A stretch of DNA of 64,000 nt, taken from Octopus bimaculoides. Taxonomy: Eukaryota. Numbering within the stretch: position 1 is the stretch's first letter; each line of letters opens with the position of its first letter. Below the pieces are notes generated by a model. It was not told the origin of the DNA. It worked only from the letters and a program-made list of their open reading frames with translations, and did not search any database. The position numbers and the translations under genes were made by a program. The DNA lies in NCBI RefSeq assembly GCF_001194135.2, contig NC_068981.1:21227129-21291128 (forward strand), read 5' to 3'. Positions 24,927 through 39,350 of the stretch are shown here, piece after piece.

Positions 24927-26496
24927 CAAGCATTCTTGACAGAACATTTCTATAGACTTTGTAACAGATGATTTAGTCTTCTGTAGTAGTGGTATACAAG
25001 GCAGCAGATGATTATAGTAGTATAAATTGTAGTCTTCTATAGATTTATAGTAGTGTAGTATGTAAATGTAGGTTGAATTAACCTATGGTAGCACAAATCA
25101 TGTCTTACATTGTAACAATAATGCAGATCATAATCTCCTATAGATTAATAGAAGAGTAGATTGTAATCTGTAGTATAAAAGCAGTGTTGGTTGAAGTCCT
25201 ACACTATAGTGTTACAGTAGTATAGGTCACAGTATCCTGTAGTGTAACAGTAGTAAAAGCTGTATTATCCTATGCTGTAGTTAGTGATATAGCATGTAGT
25301 GCTTTATAGTGTAACAACAGTATAGTTCATACTTTCCTATTGATACAGTAATAGCATAGGTTACATTCTTCTGTAGATGTACAAGTTGTAGTAGACTCCT
25401 ATAGTGTAACTGTAGTTTTATTGTAGATGTGTGTTTACTTTTCATGGTAGCCATACATCTATAATATTGTAAAAATTGCATCTCATGGCTTTCTTCAGCT
25501 CCTAAACAGCTGCTGAATCTCTATAAGGTACAAGTGTATTCTAGTTTGGAGTTCTTCAGCTGGCAAGGAAGCCTCTATACTGTTGATTGACCTGCAAGAA
25601 ATAGCAGCCGAATCTCCTTCAAATCTCCACACTCCTATCATCATCATTGTCATCATCACTGTTGTCGTCATAGTTGTGGTCGTCGTCGTAATTTTATGTC
25701 AACTTTCCTTGTTGACATGGGTTAGAGTGGTTAGCATGATTTGAATTTGTTTTGTTTTTGGTAGTACTAACCCCATTCCCAGACAGGTTGGAAGACCATA
25801 TTCTTACTAGAACATTTAAATTTTAGCATGGTTTCTACTGCTAGATATCCTTCCTAATCAACCACTTTACAAGGGGCACTGAGTGCTTTTTATTGTGGTA
25901 CAATGACAAGAAAGGTTGTCATATTCTCAGGGGTCCTCTCAACCCTATGCTGTCTCTTACGAAAGGAAAGCTACATTTAATATTATCTTCATCATCATCA
26001 TCATCATCATCATCTTAGTGTCTACTTTTCCATGCTTGCATAAGTCGAATGGAGTTTATTGAGGCAGATTTTTTACAGCCGGGTGCCCTTCCTGTTGCCA
26101 ACCCACATGTGTTTCCAAGCAAGGTAATATTTCTCCAGTCAGGCATATTTTTGCAGAATACTGGAATTGAATGACACTGCATACATGACAGTGACACTTA
26201 TACACAATGTCAAGACAAGGAGACAAAACAGTTGCACTCATACTCGCATACATGCATACACACACACACTTATATATCTGATGATGATGATATATATATA
26301 CTGTTCAAATGTACTGAAAGCAAAAGACAGAAACAGGTGAAGGAACAACAAGCAAGTGTATTAGTTTGATGCTTGGGAAAATGGAAAAATTTTTGATGTT
26401 TTGAACTTAAGCTCTTTAACAGAAAAGGATCAGAGGAAAAAAATGGAGGGAGATTGCAAAAAACAGGGGCTTCTTTCAATCTCCATCTACTAAATC

Positions 26497-26627
26497 CATT
26501 CACAAGGTTTTAGTCAACCTGGGGTTATAGTAGAAGATGCTTGCCCAAGGTGCCACTCAGTGGGACTGAACCTGAAACCATGTGGTTGGGAAGCAAACTT
26601 CTCAACCACAGAGCCATGCCTACACCT
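26497..26627 (-). mobile_element. Family A SINE head (similar heads at about 30622, 32345, 40680, 48815, 58795)
   Basis: tagtagaagatgcttgcccaaggtgccactcagtgggactgaacctgaaaccatgtggttgggaagc. Confidence 0.8.
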
Positions 26628-27030
26628 CTTGTATTTGAGAAAAGACTGGATGGTCACGACTGGAATGTCTTTGCTTGCAGATCTTCTTGATCAGGATTAT
26701 GACCAATGCACTTCTCTTACTTTTGCCTATCATACCTGAACCCTTAAATCCCATACCCAAACCTTTTTTTTTTACCCAAACAGAGCTACACCATGTTTAC
26801 ACTCTATCTCTCTCTATGGACCTCAATCAACAGGAATTCAAGATGAAATTCATCAGTGTGGGACAGCTGACAAATGACCTGGGCCTTTTTCCTTCTCAAA
26901 AACTGCTACAACAATTTTAAAGTTCTCATAACATATAATTATTTTTTTATTTAAAAAGTGATTAATTTCTTCATACATTTGGCATGGTATTTCATATTGT
27001 GAGTTAATTTTGTTTTTCATGGGTTTACAC

Positions 27031-27068
<38 letters not shown>

Positions 27069-27331
27069 TTCCCTCTAAATATACACACACATTAACATAA
27101 TAATCATCCTACAGAAAATCTAATGAGGACAAGAATTATTATTTCACACCTTAAATGAATATTCAAATGAGTTAGGTGGCATTAACCTAAATGATATATA
27201 ATTTTGTACATACAAACTCTTGCTTTTTTTTTGTGTGTGTATACATCTACATGCCTATATACATGTGCATATGTGTGTAAGGGAGGTACACAGGTTTCAT
27301 GCATATGTATCTGTGTCTGTGTGTATGGCAT

Positions 27332-27397
<66 letters not shown>

Positions 27398-28041
27398 CCC
27401 TCTCTCTCTCTTTCTTTCCATGATTCTATGTCATTATTATCTTTCTTGTTCCTCCCTCTTTTTTGTACCCCATCACCTCAATCACTCCATTTCCTGTCTC
27501 GTACACTCTTTTCTTTCTCCCTCCTCACTCATCTTCTGCAATTGCTCTTTCTTCTTCCAGCTCTATTGGTCATTATGCCCTGAATGACTGGAGGCAACAG
27601 AAAGCATTGAGGATCCTGCTACTAGTGCTGGTGCTATGATACAATACACAAAGTAGATCTAGCAAAGTGGTTGACAAACCAGTGGAGACACTGCAGGGAC
27701 AAGAGGCTATTACCTTTTTTGTCTTGTTGAGGACATAACAACACCCCTAGAACTGATATTGTGATGAAATGCACCTGGTACTAGCTGTAAAGTAGTTAGT
27801 AAATTGGTTGAGATACACGGGGTCAGGAAGAATCTTTAGTCTTGTCTGTTGAGGTCATGACAACCTATCTAACACTGGTTCTATGATAAAAAACATTCAG
27901 TACTTTAGTTAGTGCTAGGAAGGGCATCCAGCTGCAGAGACCATGCAACAATAAATTGGATGACTGAAATAAATTTTCCAGACCAATCCTAGAAGAACAG
28001 TAGGTTTTAAAATACATATTAACTTTCATGATATGGATAAT

Positions 28042-28687
28042 ATAAAGGTGACAAGCGTGGAGGCACAATGGCCCAATGGTTAGGGCAGCGGACTCGCAGT
28101 CATAGGATCGCGGTTTTGATTCCCAGACCTGGTGTTGTGAGTGTTTATTGAGCGAAAACACCTAAAGCTCCACGAGGCTCCAGCAGGGGATGGTGGCGAA
28201 CCCTGCTGTACTCTTTCACCACAACTTTCTCTCACTCTTACTTCCTGTTTCTGTTGTGTCTGTAATTCAAAGGGTCAGCCTTGTCACACTGTGTCACGCT
28301 GAATATCCCCGAGAACTACATTAAGGGTTACACGTGTCTGTGGAGTGCTCAGCCACTTGTACGTTAATTTCACGAGCAGGCTGTTCCGTTGATCGGATCA
28401 ACTGGAACCCTCGGCGTTGTAAGCGACGGAATGCCAACAACAACAACAACAACAACAAAGGTGACAAGCAGGCAGAACCATTAGCACACTGGACAAAATG
28501 CTCAGTGGCATCCCTTCTGGTTTTATGTTTTGAGTTCAAATTCTACCATGGTCAACTTTGCCTTTCATCCTTTCAAGCTTGATAAAATAAGTAGCACCTG
28601 AGCACTGGAGCTCCTGTAATCAACTAACCCCAACCCCGTGAAATTTTAGGCCTTGTGCCTATAGTAGAAAGAGGTATTATTATTATT
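28042..28687 (+). mobile_element. Family C SINE hosting the family D insertion
   Basis: Removing the insert restores taaaggtgacaagcaggcagaaccattagcac...gagttcaaattc...ttgcctttcatccttt...ggccttgtgcct plus a (TAT)n tail. Confidence 0.75.
28057..28456 (+). mobile_element. Full-length tRNA-headed SINE (family D) with (CAA)n tail and 13-bp TSD
   Basis: A-box tggcccaatggt, B-box-like ggttttgattccc; TSD aaaggtgacaagc at 28044-28056 and 28457-28469. Confidence 0.9.
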
Positions 28688-28862
28688 TAGGTGTGCACTT
28701 CCAAAATGGCCCCTTAAAGACTGCATTTGTGTGTTTTTTTTTTGCTTGAAGATCCCTTGGTTTGTAACTTACATACCATTCAGGTATATTAAGCAACCAA
28801 TTGATGAAAGTCAAAGTGGCAACTTTGCCAGTCCTGAAAACTTTATACTGCTGCTGCTGCTG

Positions 28863-28894
<32 letters not shown>

Positions 28895-29589
28895 ACTACT
28901 ACTACTACTACTACTACTTCATCATCATTGTTTTAACATTTACTCCTCCACGCTTCTATCAATCAGATAAGATTTGTTGAGGTAAATTCTCTACGGTTGG
29001 TTGCTTTCCCTGTTGCTCACCTTGACAAGGCAGATTGTCTGCATTTAACATACAATGTCAAAATAAAAGAGGCACACACTCAAACACATACAAGCTAATA
29101 CTTTCCCCAAATTCAATCGTGTGTTTTTTCATAAAACTATATACAAATATCAATGCTTACTTGAAAGTGAAATCTTGTTTACAACTAGGCAAGAAGACAC
29201 ATGCATATACATATATCATCATCATCATCATCATCACCATCATCATTATCATCATCATTTTCATTTTACATCCATTTTCCATGCTAGCATGGGTGAAATA
29301 ATTTGACAAAATTCAACAGAGTCCCATGTCTTGCTCCAATGTCTCATTCTGGAAAGTTTCTTGGTCAGTCACTTTATAGAGTGCACTTAGTGCATTTTTG
29401 AATATATTTTTAAGGCACCAGCACTGTAGAAGTTGCCTTGCCATGATCAAGACTAAAGAACCCTCACAAGCACTACATTGTCTACTCAAATCACTTACCA
29501 GTCAGTTACATAGTATACTTGGTTCATTTTTTTGCGGGTACCAACACTGGTAAGGTCACATTACTAATTGCAAAGTGAAACAAAGTACA

Positions 29590-29631
<42 letters not shown>

Positions 29632-30270
29632 CACACACATTTAGATTTAAACTTACAGTGTTTGTCTTTTTTTGCAATATCCCCTCACATACTTGCTTTA
29701 CATCTTCTCCTTCCTTTTTCTTTATTCTTCCATACTATATCTTCCTCTCACTTTCTCTCCCTCCTCTTCAAATGATTTTCTTTGGTATCCTTTGACCTTG
29801 AAAGATGAAACACACACACTTTCTCATGTTCTGTTTACATTAGCAGAACCTTAGAAATAAACCAATGTCTCCAAAAAAAGACAAAACTTTTCTCCACTGT
29901 TATCAATATCAATTCATCAAATTTAATTTTGCGGAAACTAATATTTGGTTGTACAGAAAATAAATATATTCTACTTCATCTGGTATAAATAAAAAAGAGG
30001 CATGTATATTTTTCTTCCAAATGATACAATATAAAACATTTATTTAGTATCGTTTTTCATAGGGTGGACTCTGGTTGACTCTGCTATCTTAAATGATAGA
30101 TGACAGTTCTGCAATATCTTACTGAACAATCCACACAGATGGTTTGTTTATAGTGATCAAATGTTTGTGTTGTACATTAGCTGACTCCCTCTATCAAATT
30201 GACATTGTCTTTTCAGGTGCACTGTGTACCACATGTTAGATGCTGAAGGGCAACATCAAATGAAGTGCTT

Positions 30271-30422
30271 TACTCTTTTACTCTTTTACTTGTTTCAGTC
30301 ATTTGACTGTGGCCATGCTGGAGCACCACCTTTAGATGAGCAAATCAACCCCAGGAATTATTCTTTGTAAGCCTAGTACTTATTCTATCGGACTCTTTTG
30401 CCGAACTGCTAAGTTACGGGTA
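30271..30422 (-). mobile_element. Family A SINE 3' half
   Basis: tactcttttacttgtttcagtcatttgactgtggccatgctggagcacc...gccgaactgctaagttacggg. Confidence 0.85.
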
Positions 30423-30714
30423 CCTTATCACCGTTATCTATTTCTTACAGAGCCTACTGTCCATTTTGTTTTTCTCTTCCCTTCTCCTACTAGATGGGAA
30501 ACAATGCAGATCCTCTTCAAGAACCTACACTGCCACTCTCACCTTCTCATAATTCAATCCCTTTTGTCTCCTCTTGCATGAAGCTGACCCCATCTCCTCT
30601 CCATGCCACTGATGTATCCAATGTTATCTATTTGCCCAAGGTGCCACACACTAGGACTGAAACTGAAGCCATAGGGTTGTAAAGTAAACTTGTTAACTAC
30701 ACAGACCTGCCTGT

Positions 30715-30716
<2 letters not shown>

Positions 30717-30809
<93 letters not shown>
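30717..30809. repeat. (CA)n microsatellite (others at 32203-32314, 37195-37232, 44175-44234, 58682-58771)
   Basis: Direct observation. Confidence 0.95.
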
Positions 30810-30811
<2 letters not shown>

Positions 30812-30829
30812 GTGCCATGTATAAAGCAC

Positions 30830-31080
30830 CCATGCTAGTGTCACATATAGAGTATCTGTGCCAGTGCCATGTATAAAGGACTTGTGTTGGTACCACATAA
30901 AAGGAGACCTAGTACACTCTGTAAAGTGGTTGGTGTTAGGAAGGGCATCTAGCCATAGAAACGAAGCCAAAACAGACAGTTGGAGTCTGGACAGCTCTTT
31001 GGATGACTAACTCCTGTGAAATCATCCAACCCATGCCTGCATGGAAAACAGGCATTAAATGATGATGATGATGATGATGA
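30830..31080 (+). mobile_element. Family B copy
   Basis: ggttggtgttaggaagggcatctagcc...catggaaaac...(GAT)n. Confidence 0.8.
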
Positions 31081-31086
31081 TATATA

Positions 31087-31275
31087 TTCGCCATGATAGA
31101 TCGCTGACCACTACACATATTTTTTTCTCTCCTTATTTCTTTCTGTGTTCCTTTCAGTTGAAGAGCATAGCTCGAAACATCAAAGACTTTCTCTATTCTC
31201 AAGCATTAAACTAATACATCCATTTGTTGTTTACACCACCTGTCTTTGTCTGTTGTTTTTTTCGTAAATTCTCCC
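31087..31275 (+). repeat. Dispersed repeat with compact hammerhead-like core (copy 2)
   Basis: 31151-31185 reads cttt-cagttga-a-gagc-ata-gctc-GAAAC-atc-aaag; homologous to 5180-5362. Confidence 0.75.
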
Positions 31276-32202
31276 ATATATATATATGTACAGTATATAA
31301 CCACACACACATATAATGTGTATGTATGTATCATATAAATCAGTGTTTGCAGTAAATATTTTGATAGAAGATTCTAGTTTGAGTGGAGTAGTAAATTTTA
31401 AAATGTATTGAAAATTAATTTTAACTAAATATAACAAAATAAACACTTGATAAATTATAAATGGTTCTGATTTTTGGGCATTATTGATTTTTTTTTTTTG
31501 GCTGTCCTAAATTGTTTTCCATTTTATTTGGCTTTTTTGATTTCGTTATTGGAAATATTGCTGCTGGTTTTGCAATTTTTATTTCATTATTTAAACAATA
31601 TTTTTGCCTGTTTTTTTTTTATTTAAAAATATTGCTACTGGAATTAATTACTTGTGTGCAAAACTGTGAATGATCAGTTGACTGTTTGAAGTTAAAAGTA
31701 ATTTACAATATAGAATTCCTACCAGCCATATATCAAATTATATTGGTGAAACAAAACATTTTCTCAAGAAATACAGACATCATCCTTTTCACAAAATTGT
31801 TTTAAAAAGTTAGTTTTTGGTTTCAAGCAATTTAAACGAATCTTAAGTATGTGGTGAAGGTTATTTAGAAAGAATGGGTCTAAGGTATTTTAACAGTCTT
31901 TTATACCACCTAAGTATACTGGTTCCTGTTTAATATCTTTTGCAATAAAATATTTCAAACTTTTCAGTAAATGATGGAACAATAGCTTCATATATTTCAA
32001 TTATTGAAATCATCTTCATCATTATTTAACATCTACTTTTCCATGCGTGCATGAATCAGATAGAATTTGTTGAGGCAGATATTTTATGGTTGGATACCCT
32101 TCCTGTCACCAACACTTACCTGTTTCCAAGCAAGGTAATATTTCCCCATAGAAAACTGGAAACAAAGGGCATTACTTGTATGATGGTGATGCTCATTTAT
32201 AT

Positions 32203-32317
<115 letters not shown>

Positions 32318-33729
32318 CATGCACTCATACACACATACCTATATATGATGGGATTCTTTCAGTTCCCCTTTACAAAATCCACTCACAAGGCTTTAGTCAG
32401 CCTGGAACTATAGTAGAAGACACTTGTCTTACATACCATGCAGTAGGACTGAACCTGAGATTGCATGATTCGGAAACAAACCATACAGCCACACCTGTAC
32501 CGACATACAGAGAAAAATATTGAAACATTGAAACAGAAAGAAAAACATTGACTCAGTCAGAAGTCAGTAGTTTCAACAAAAGTATACAATACTAATATAT
32601 TTTATATGAGAAAAATAAGGAAAGCAATATGTCTACAATACTGAAAGTACTGCTGTCTTACTTTCTGAAAATTTGAAATATTGATATATAAACTTTTTAC
32701 AATTATAAATAAGAGCAAAAAGAAAATATTTTCTCTGTCAATATGCTGAAAAATAGACGCTAAATCGTCTAACCACATAAAATATTTTCACTTGTATTAT
32801 TATACCACGTGCTGAAATGAGGAAAGCAAGCTAACAATTTCTGTTTGCTGGCTTTCCTTGTTTCCTGTGGGCTGCAGATTTGTGCCAATCAGTCAAACTT
32901 TTTAAATGCATTCTAGGATGTCTGTGTATAACTTTTTTATTCAATAGTATCAATTAACCAACGGTTAATCTTATTGATGTGAGTTGTGATGATTGAGTCT
33001 TTCATAATGATATACTAGAAATATTTATAGTACTAATGAACAGCTTGGCTTACTAACATTGTAAGCTAATATGAGACAGAATTTGGCTGAAAGAAATGTT
33101 TGTATTTGATAGTTGAACATGGAAAAATTGCTTCCCAAACCTTTCCATCAATCTCTCATATTTTGCACTACAAGTGCCACAAATAACTAGGGATTAATAA
33201 AAATAGGTCATACAAAGTTGATGTGAACCAAAACAGTGACCAAAAAATTATTAAATCTATAAAAATATGACAGCCAGAGGTTTTACCTTGCAATAAGACA
33301 ATGTCCTGTAATGCTTTGTATACTGATGCCAATATTTGGAATACTTGACTGATCTATAGTGGAAATTTGTTCCATAGATATTAAACCTGCAAGATTTTGA
33401 TGTCAATTGGAAGCTTTAATAGAAACAGTAGTATTATTTGGCTCTACATTAGACGATTTGTAAACAACCTAAGATCATTGTCAATATCTTTTGGGTGTCA
33501 TATGGTATCACTCAGTGGTTGCAAAAATAAATACATCAGCCAAACACTTAAAAGCAAAGAAAACACATTCTCATGGATTGATAGTTAATTCTTCAAGAAG
33601 TATTCATTTTCTGATGACCTTCAATGTGACTCCAGAAATGCCAGACTAGTATACCTCAACCAAAACTTGGAAGAGAAAAACTCTGTATACCACAAAAAGA
33701 TTATATAAAAATATATTCCTTTTAAACTG

Positions 33730-34460
33730 ATGATGGCGATATCAACATGAAGTGTAATCTCACTTGGAACTCATAACCATTACACCATTCTTATTTTAGA
33801 AGGTTATGCTCTTGTTGTCCAAATGCAGGAGAGAGCTATGAAATACCCTAAAGTATAAAAGAGACAGTGAAGCCTTTAAACCTCAAAGATGTGGCCAAAA
33901 ATGTTCATTGTGTCACATTTCTGTGAAAGACACACATATGATCACAATTGTTCAAAAATATCATCAAGGCTCTACTTTACACTGTGACATGATGTTGTTG
34001 CTAGAACAATGCACAAAGCCATCTGTAGGAAAGACATCCCTGGATAAATATAGAGAGTATCCTTATTGAATACATACATATCAACACAAAAAATATTGGT
34101 GAAACTTTCTCATCAAAACTTCTGCCCAGTGCAAACATAACATACCTACTGTAGTTGTTATGGACAGCAGAAAAGAAAAGTCATGAAGCATCACAGAATT
34201 CAACTGCTTAGCAGATGTGAATATTTCTTCCAAAATCAGTGAAAAAGAAAATATTTAAAGACAGCTGCTTCATAATCTACAATACTTCTACCTAGATTTT
34301 AAATCTGCATCTATACTAATAGTTATTAGTGCACATGGTTATGTTAAGCTATGTTAAGATATGCTCAAGTAACAATCTCAAAATTCTTGGATTTTCAGAC
34401 AAAGAATTTATACAAAAAACAATAGAAATATGAGACAATTTAAAAGTTCAGCATATAATC
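33730..34460 (+). mobile_element. Decayed RLE-type non-LTR retrotransposon C-terminal region
   Basis: Broken peptides HDVVARTMHKAICRKDIP, KYW-NFLIKTSAQCKHNIP and LADVNISSKISEKEN match the zinc-knuckle to restriction-like endonuclease region of R4/NeSL-like LINEs. Confidence 0.6.
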
Positions 34461-34964
34461 CACATAATTTTCATCATCTAAATTCCAGCAATAGAACATT
34501 GTCTCTTTGTTAAAAACCAACTTCTTCTTTTTAGGAAGAATTTAAATATTTAAAGAAGAAAGAGACATTCTGAAATGCATACTTACAAACTCAAACACAG
34601 ATGCTGACATACACACATATAGATACATATATAGATATTGACATACACACATACATGCAAAGAGAGAGTTATTGATATACTCACATACCCATGCGCATAA
34701 ACTGGCATATGTACTAGAATATACACATTTATAGATATATTCGCATACAATCATATATAGATACTGGCATACACATGTGTGTATACCAGTATATACACAT
34801 ACTGATATATGCACAACCAAACATAGACACATACTGAAATATGCACGTACAAACAAAGATAGACATTGAAATACATATGTCTATAAATACCTGCACTTTC
34901 AGGAACAGGAGACAGCTACTAAATACCTAACCAATAAAAGAGATAAAGACACCTACAAGCTTTC

Positions 34965-35142
34965 ACATTGTGACGGAAAGTGCCAACTGAGCTATACCAA
35001 TGTAGAAGATATCGCCATATCATCATCAGCAACCTCAAAATGTCTGTAAGGTAAATAACTCCCCATGAAACATGACATTGTCTCCAAAACCATGTACAAT
35101 TCTTTCTGTAAGAAGGACTGTCCTGATTTTCATACCAAAGTC
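34965..35142 (+). mobile_element. RLE-type LINE fragment, zinc-knuckle part (left of the CR1 insertion)
   Basis: DGKCQLSYTNVEDI...MKHDIVSKTMYNSFCKKDCPD. Confidence 0.6.
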
Positions 35143-35145
35143 AAT

Positions 35146-35892
35146 ATAATAATAATAATAATAATAATAATGAAATTATTGTGTAGAGTGCTCAGGTGCA
35201 CTACAACTCATCAAAGGTGCAGGTATAGTACATAGGATTATGTACAAAAGTCAGGGAAGTGAACAGTGTATGTGTCATGATATATGTGTGCATGTGTTTA
35301 GAGGTGGGGATATCAGGTGTAGTGTTGGTGAATTCCAGGAAGCATGGAGGTTTTAAAGGATGACTCAACAGCTAACAGCTGATGCAGGTAGTTTGTTCCA
35401 TGCTTCAGCAACTCTGAGCGTGAAAAAATGTTTCCGAAAGTCATGGGAGCGGTGCTGTTTTCTGACCTTGTAGGCATACCCACATATGTTAGACACATGG
35501 AGCTCAAAAAGGTGTTCAAGGTGGTTGTTGGCACAATGGTTAATAATTTTGTGAGTGTTTACCAAGTCAGTTGCCAGACGTCAGAGATTCAATGTATCCT
35601 ATGCCCAGGGAAACAAGGCATCAGAGTATGGTAAATGCCTGATGGAGGGTATTTGCTTGGTTGCACGTCTCTGAACAGTTTCAAGGAGGTCAATGTCCTG
35701 AGCAAGATAGGGGTTCCAGACTGGTGATGCAAATTCCAAGTATGGGCATATACAACCATATACAACCATATACCATAGCCATATACAACTTTAAATAGAT
35801 AACTGGAGAGCATCTGACAAAGGACTTGCTGAGTGATGCCAAGACACCCTTGGCCTTCTTGACAATTTTACAAATGTGCTTTGTCCAGTGCA
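35146..35892 (-). mobile_element. 5'-truncated CR1/L2-group LINE 3' end
   Basis: HWTKHICKIVKKA...KLYMAMV...LEFASPVWNPYLAQDID-LETVQRRATK...RKHFFTLRVAEAWNKLP; 3' UTR ends in (TTA)n at about 35146-35170. Confidence 0.85.
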
Positions 35893-36300
35893 AATTGCAA
35901 ATCGCTTATGTGTCGATACTTTTAAAAAAGTAGAAAACTGGTGGAAAAGTCCAAGAAAAATTGCAATTTTGTGTAAACAAAACAGACCTGATATTTTCCT
36001 ATACAATAAAAAATCAAATGTTATGTATTACTGCAAAGATTGGTTGACCAGTAAATGTGAATGTTTAATGTAACGTAGTGAAAAAAGAGAATATCAGTGG
36101 TGAATTAATAAGAAAGTTACAACTTGAGTTTCTCGGCTTTAGATTCTCAATTGAACATATTTTCATAGATACAATGAATCATGTAGCAGTAGATTTGCAT
36201 AAAAGCCTGGAGAAGCTGGGGGGTTTTCCAAATCAGAGCAAAGAAAACTTACTCAAGATTTGTAAGATTTTCCAAAGATTCTCCATTTGAGGACCCTGGA
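35893..36300 (+). mobile_element. RLE-type LINE fragment, endonuclease part (right of the CR1 insertion)
   Basis: ENWWKSPRKIAILCKQNRPDIFLY (PD motif), then KKENISGELIRKLQLEFLGFRF. Confidence 0.7.
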
Positions 36301-36829
36301 ATGAGCATGTACACTCACTCACATATGTACATATAGCACACACATACACATGCATAGATACACATACATGAAATGTAATCACATACACACACATGCACAC
36401 ATACTTACAGACATATGAAATGTAATCACACATACTCATGTACTAAAGAAATATGTACACACATTGCATGAGTGCTGGTAGTACCATACACATACATCCA
36501 TATATGCACACATTAATTCATATATTCTCAAATATACGGACACTGTCTTAATCTTTTAAAAGAAAAACCTGTGTCACTGGCCTGAATTTTGGGAAGTACG
36601 AAATAATCTAAAGGAGAAACTGACCTACACATGTACGGAAACATATAGATACTAGCATACAAATATACATATAGTGATAGGTACTGACATACATACATCA
36701 AACACGCATAAATACTGAGCTATAGGAATACATATACATACACATATAAACACAAAGATATATACTGACATACATGTATACAAACATATAAATAGTGACA
36801 TACATACAAACATACATTTAGAGATACTG

Positions 36830-36872
<43 letters not shown>

Positions 36873-37041
36873 TATATACATATATATANNNNNNNNNNNN
36901 NNNNNNNNNNNNNNNNNNNNNNNNNNNNNNNNNNNNNNNNNNNNNNNNNNNNNNNNNNNNNNNNNNNNNNNNNNNNNNNNNNNNNNNNNNNNNNNNNNNN
37001 NNNNNNNNNNNNNNNNNNNNNNNNNNNNNNNNNNNNNNNNN

Positions 37042-37096
<55 letters not shown>

Positions 37097-37186
37097 AGCA
37101 TAAACATGGATACATGCATACCCACACACAAACACGCACACACTCACAAGCACAAACATTCACACACACACACTCACACAAACACA

Positions 37187-37236
<50 letters not shown>

Positions 37237-37914
37237 GGAACATATTAAAAAACAAATATATCCAGATAAACATAGAGTACTGTTGAAGTGAGACTCCATT
37301 GTTGCTACTGATGGAATCATGATGCTGCTTCTCTTCTTCACTATCAGAAGCTTCAACAAAAATACAAGCAACTGCCTCTTGCTTCTTTCCTGGCTGTAAT
37401 CTAAGAAATCAGTTTGGTATCTTGGTGCCATGACTCAAATATTACCATAACAACTAGAGGCAATGAAAAGAATCTTATACTTAAAATTCTTCTCAGAAAA
37501 CTGGCTTGCTGTTGGTGTTATTCACTGCAGCTAATGATTGCAGTTACTAAAGAAAACCGTAGCTGGATAAATATTGTGGTTTTCCTTGGTCATTAGGTTA
37601 TAAATAATTAATTTTTTTTTAACGAATCAGTTTCTAATTTCTGGTTGTAATAATAGATGCTGTGTATTTTTGATAATTATATAGTTTGTTGAATAATCAG
37701 TCAGCTGAAGATTCTGAATATATGAAGGAGGGTGTGTAACTGGATCAATTGATCATTCCCTATTTTTCACAGTAAATTACTGGTACCTATTGTATCAGCT
37801 TTGACTGGATGAATTTAAAATCAGAATGTAAAGGACATAACAAATTACCATAAGGAGATTTTTCATGGAGCTCAATTAATTCTGTTAACCATCACTCTTC
37901 TTTGTATAAAGATG

Positions 37915-37993
<79 letters not shown>

Positions 37994-37996
37994 TAA

Positions 37997-38310
<314 letters not shown>

Positions 38311-38867
38311 NNNNNNNNNNNNNNNNNNNNNNNNNNNNNNNNNNNNNNNNNNNNNNNNNNNNNNNNNNNNNNNNNNNNNNNNNNNNNNNNNNNNNNNNNN
38401 NNNNNNNNNNNNNNNNNNNNNNNNNNNNNNNNNNNNNNNNNNNNNNNNNNNNNNNNNNNNNNNNNNNNNNNNNNNNNNNNNNNNNNNNNNNNNNNNNNNN
38501 NNNNNNNNNNNNNNNNNNNNNNNNNNNNNNNNNNNNNNNNNNNNNNNNNNNNNNNNNNNNNNNNNNNNNNNNNNNNNNNNNNNNNNNNNNNNNNNNNNNN
38601 NNNNNNNNNNNNNNNNNNNNNNNNNNNNNNNNNNNNNNNNNNNNNNNNNNNNNNNNNNNNNNNNNNNNNNNNNNNNNNNNNNNNNNNNNNNNNNNNNNNN
38701 NNNNNNNNNNNNNNNNNNNNNNNNNNNNNNNNNNNNNNNNNNNNNNNNNNNNNNNNNNNNNNNNNNNNNNNNNNNNNNNNNNNNNNNNNNNNNNNNNNNN
38801 NNNNNNNNNNNNNNNNNNNNNNNNNNNNNNNNNNNNNNNNNNNNNNNNNNNNNNNNNNNNNNNNNNN

Positions 38868-38898
<31 letters not shown>

Positions 38899-38944
38899 GC
38901 ACACACACACGCGTACACACACACATACACATTCTTTGATTTGT

Positions 38945-39121
38945 ATCAGTTATTTGACTGTAGCCATGCTGGAGCTCCACCTTGAAGGGTTTTAATTTGA
39001 ACAAATCAACCCAAGATTTATTTTCAAAGCCTACTACTTATTCTATCAGTCTTTTTTGTTGAACCGCTAAGTTACGGGTACTTAAGTACTTCAACACCAG
39101 TTGTCATGTGATGAGGGGAGT

Positions 39122-39163
<42 letters not shown>

Positions 39164-39173
39164 NNNNNNNNNN

Positions 39174-39216
<43 letters not shown>

Positions 39217-39350
39217 TAAATATTTATTGAGTTAGAAAACACTCATAAGGCTTTGGTCGGCCCGAGACTATAGAAGAAGACACTTGCCCAAGGTGCCATG
39301 CAGTGGGACTGAACCCGGAACCATGTGGTTAGTAAGCAAGCTACTTACCA
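38945..39350 (-). mobile_element. Family A SINE, near full length
   Basis: Reverse-complement match to both halves of 48353-48767, separated by (CA)n. Confidence 0.8.

Noticed and set aside
37270-37600. Minus-strand acidic peptide (EASDSEEEKQ), possible exon or piggyBac N-terminus
   Set aside because: No convincing splice pair, TTAA/TIR or recognisable domain.
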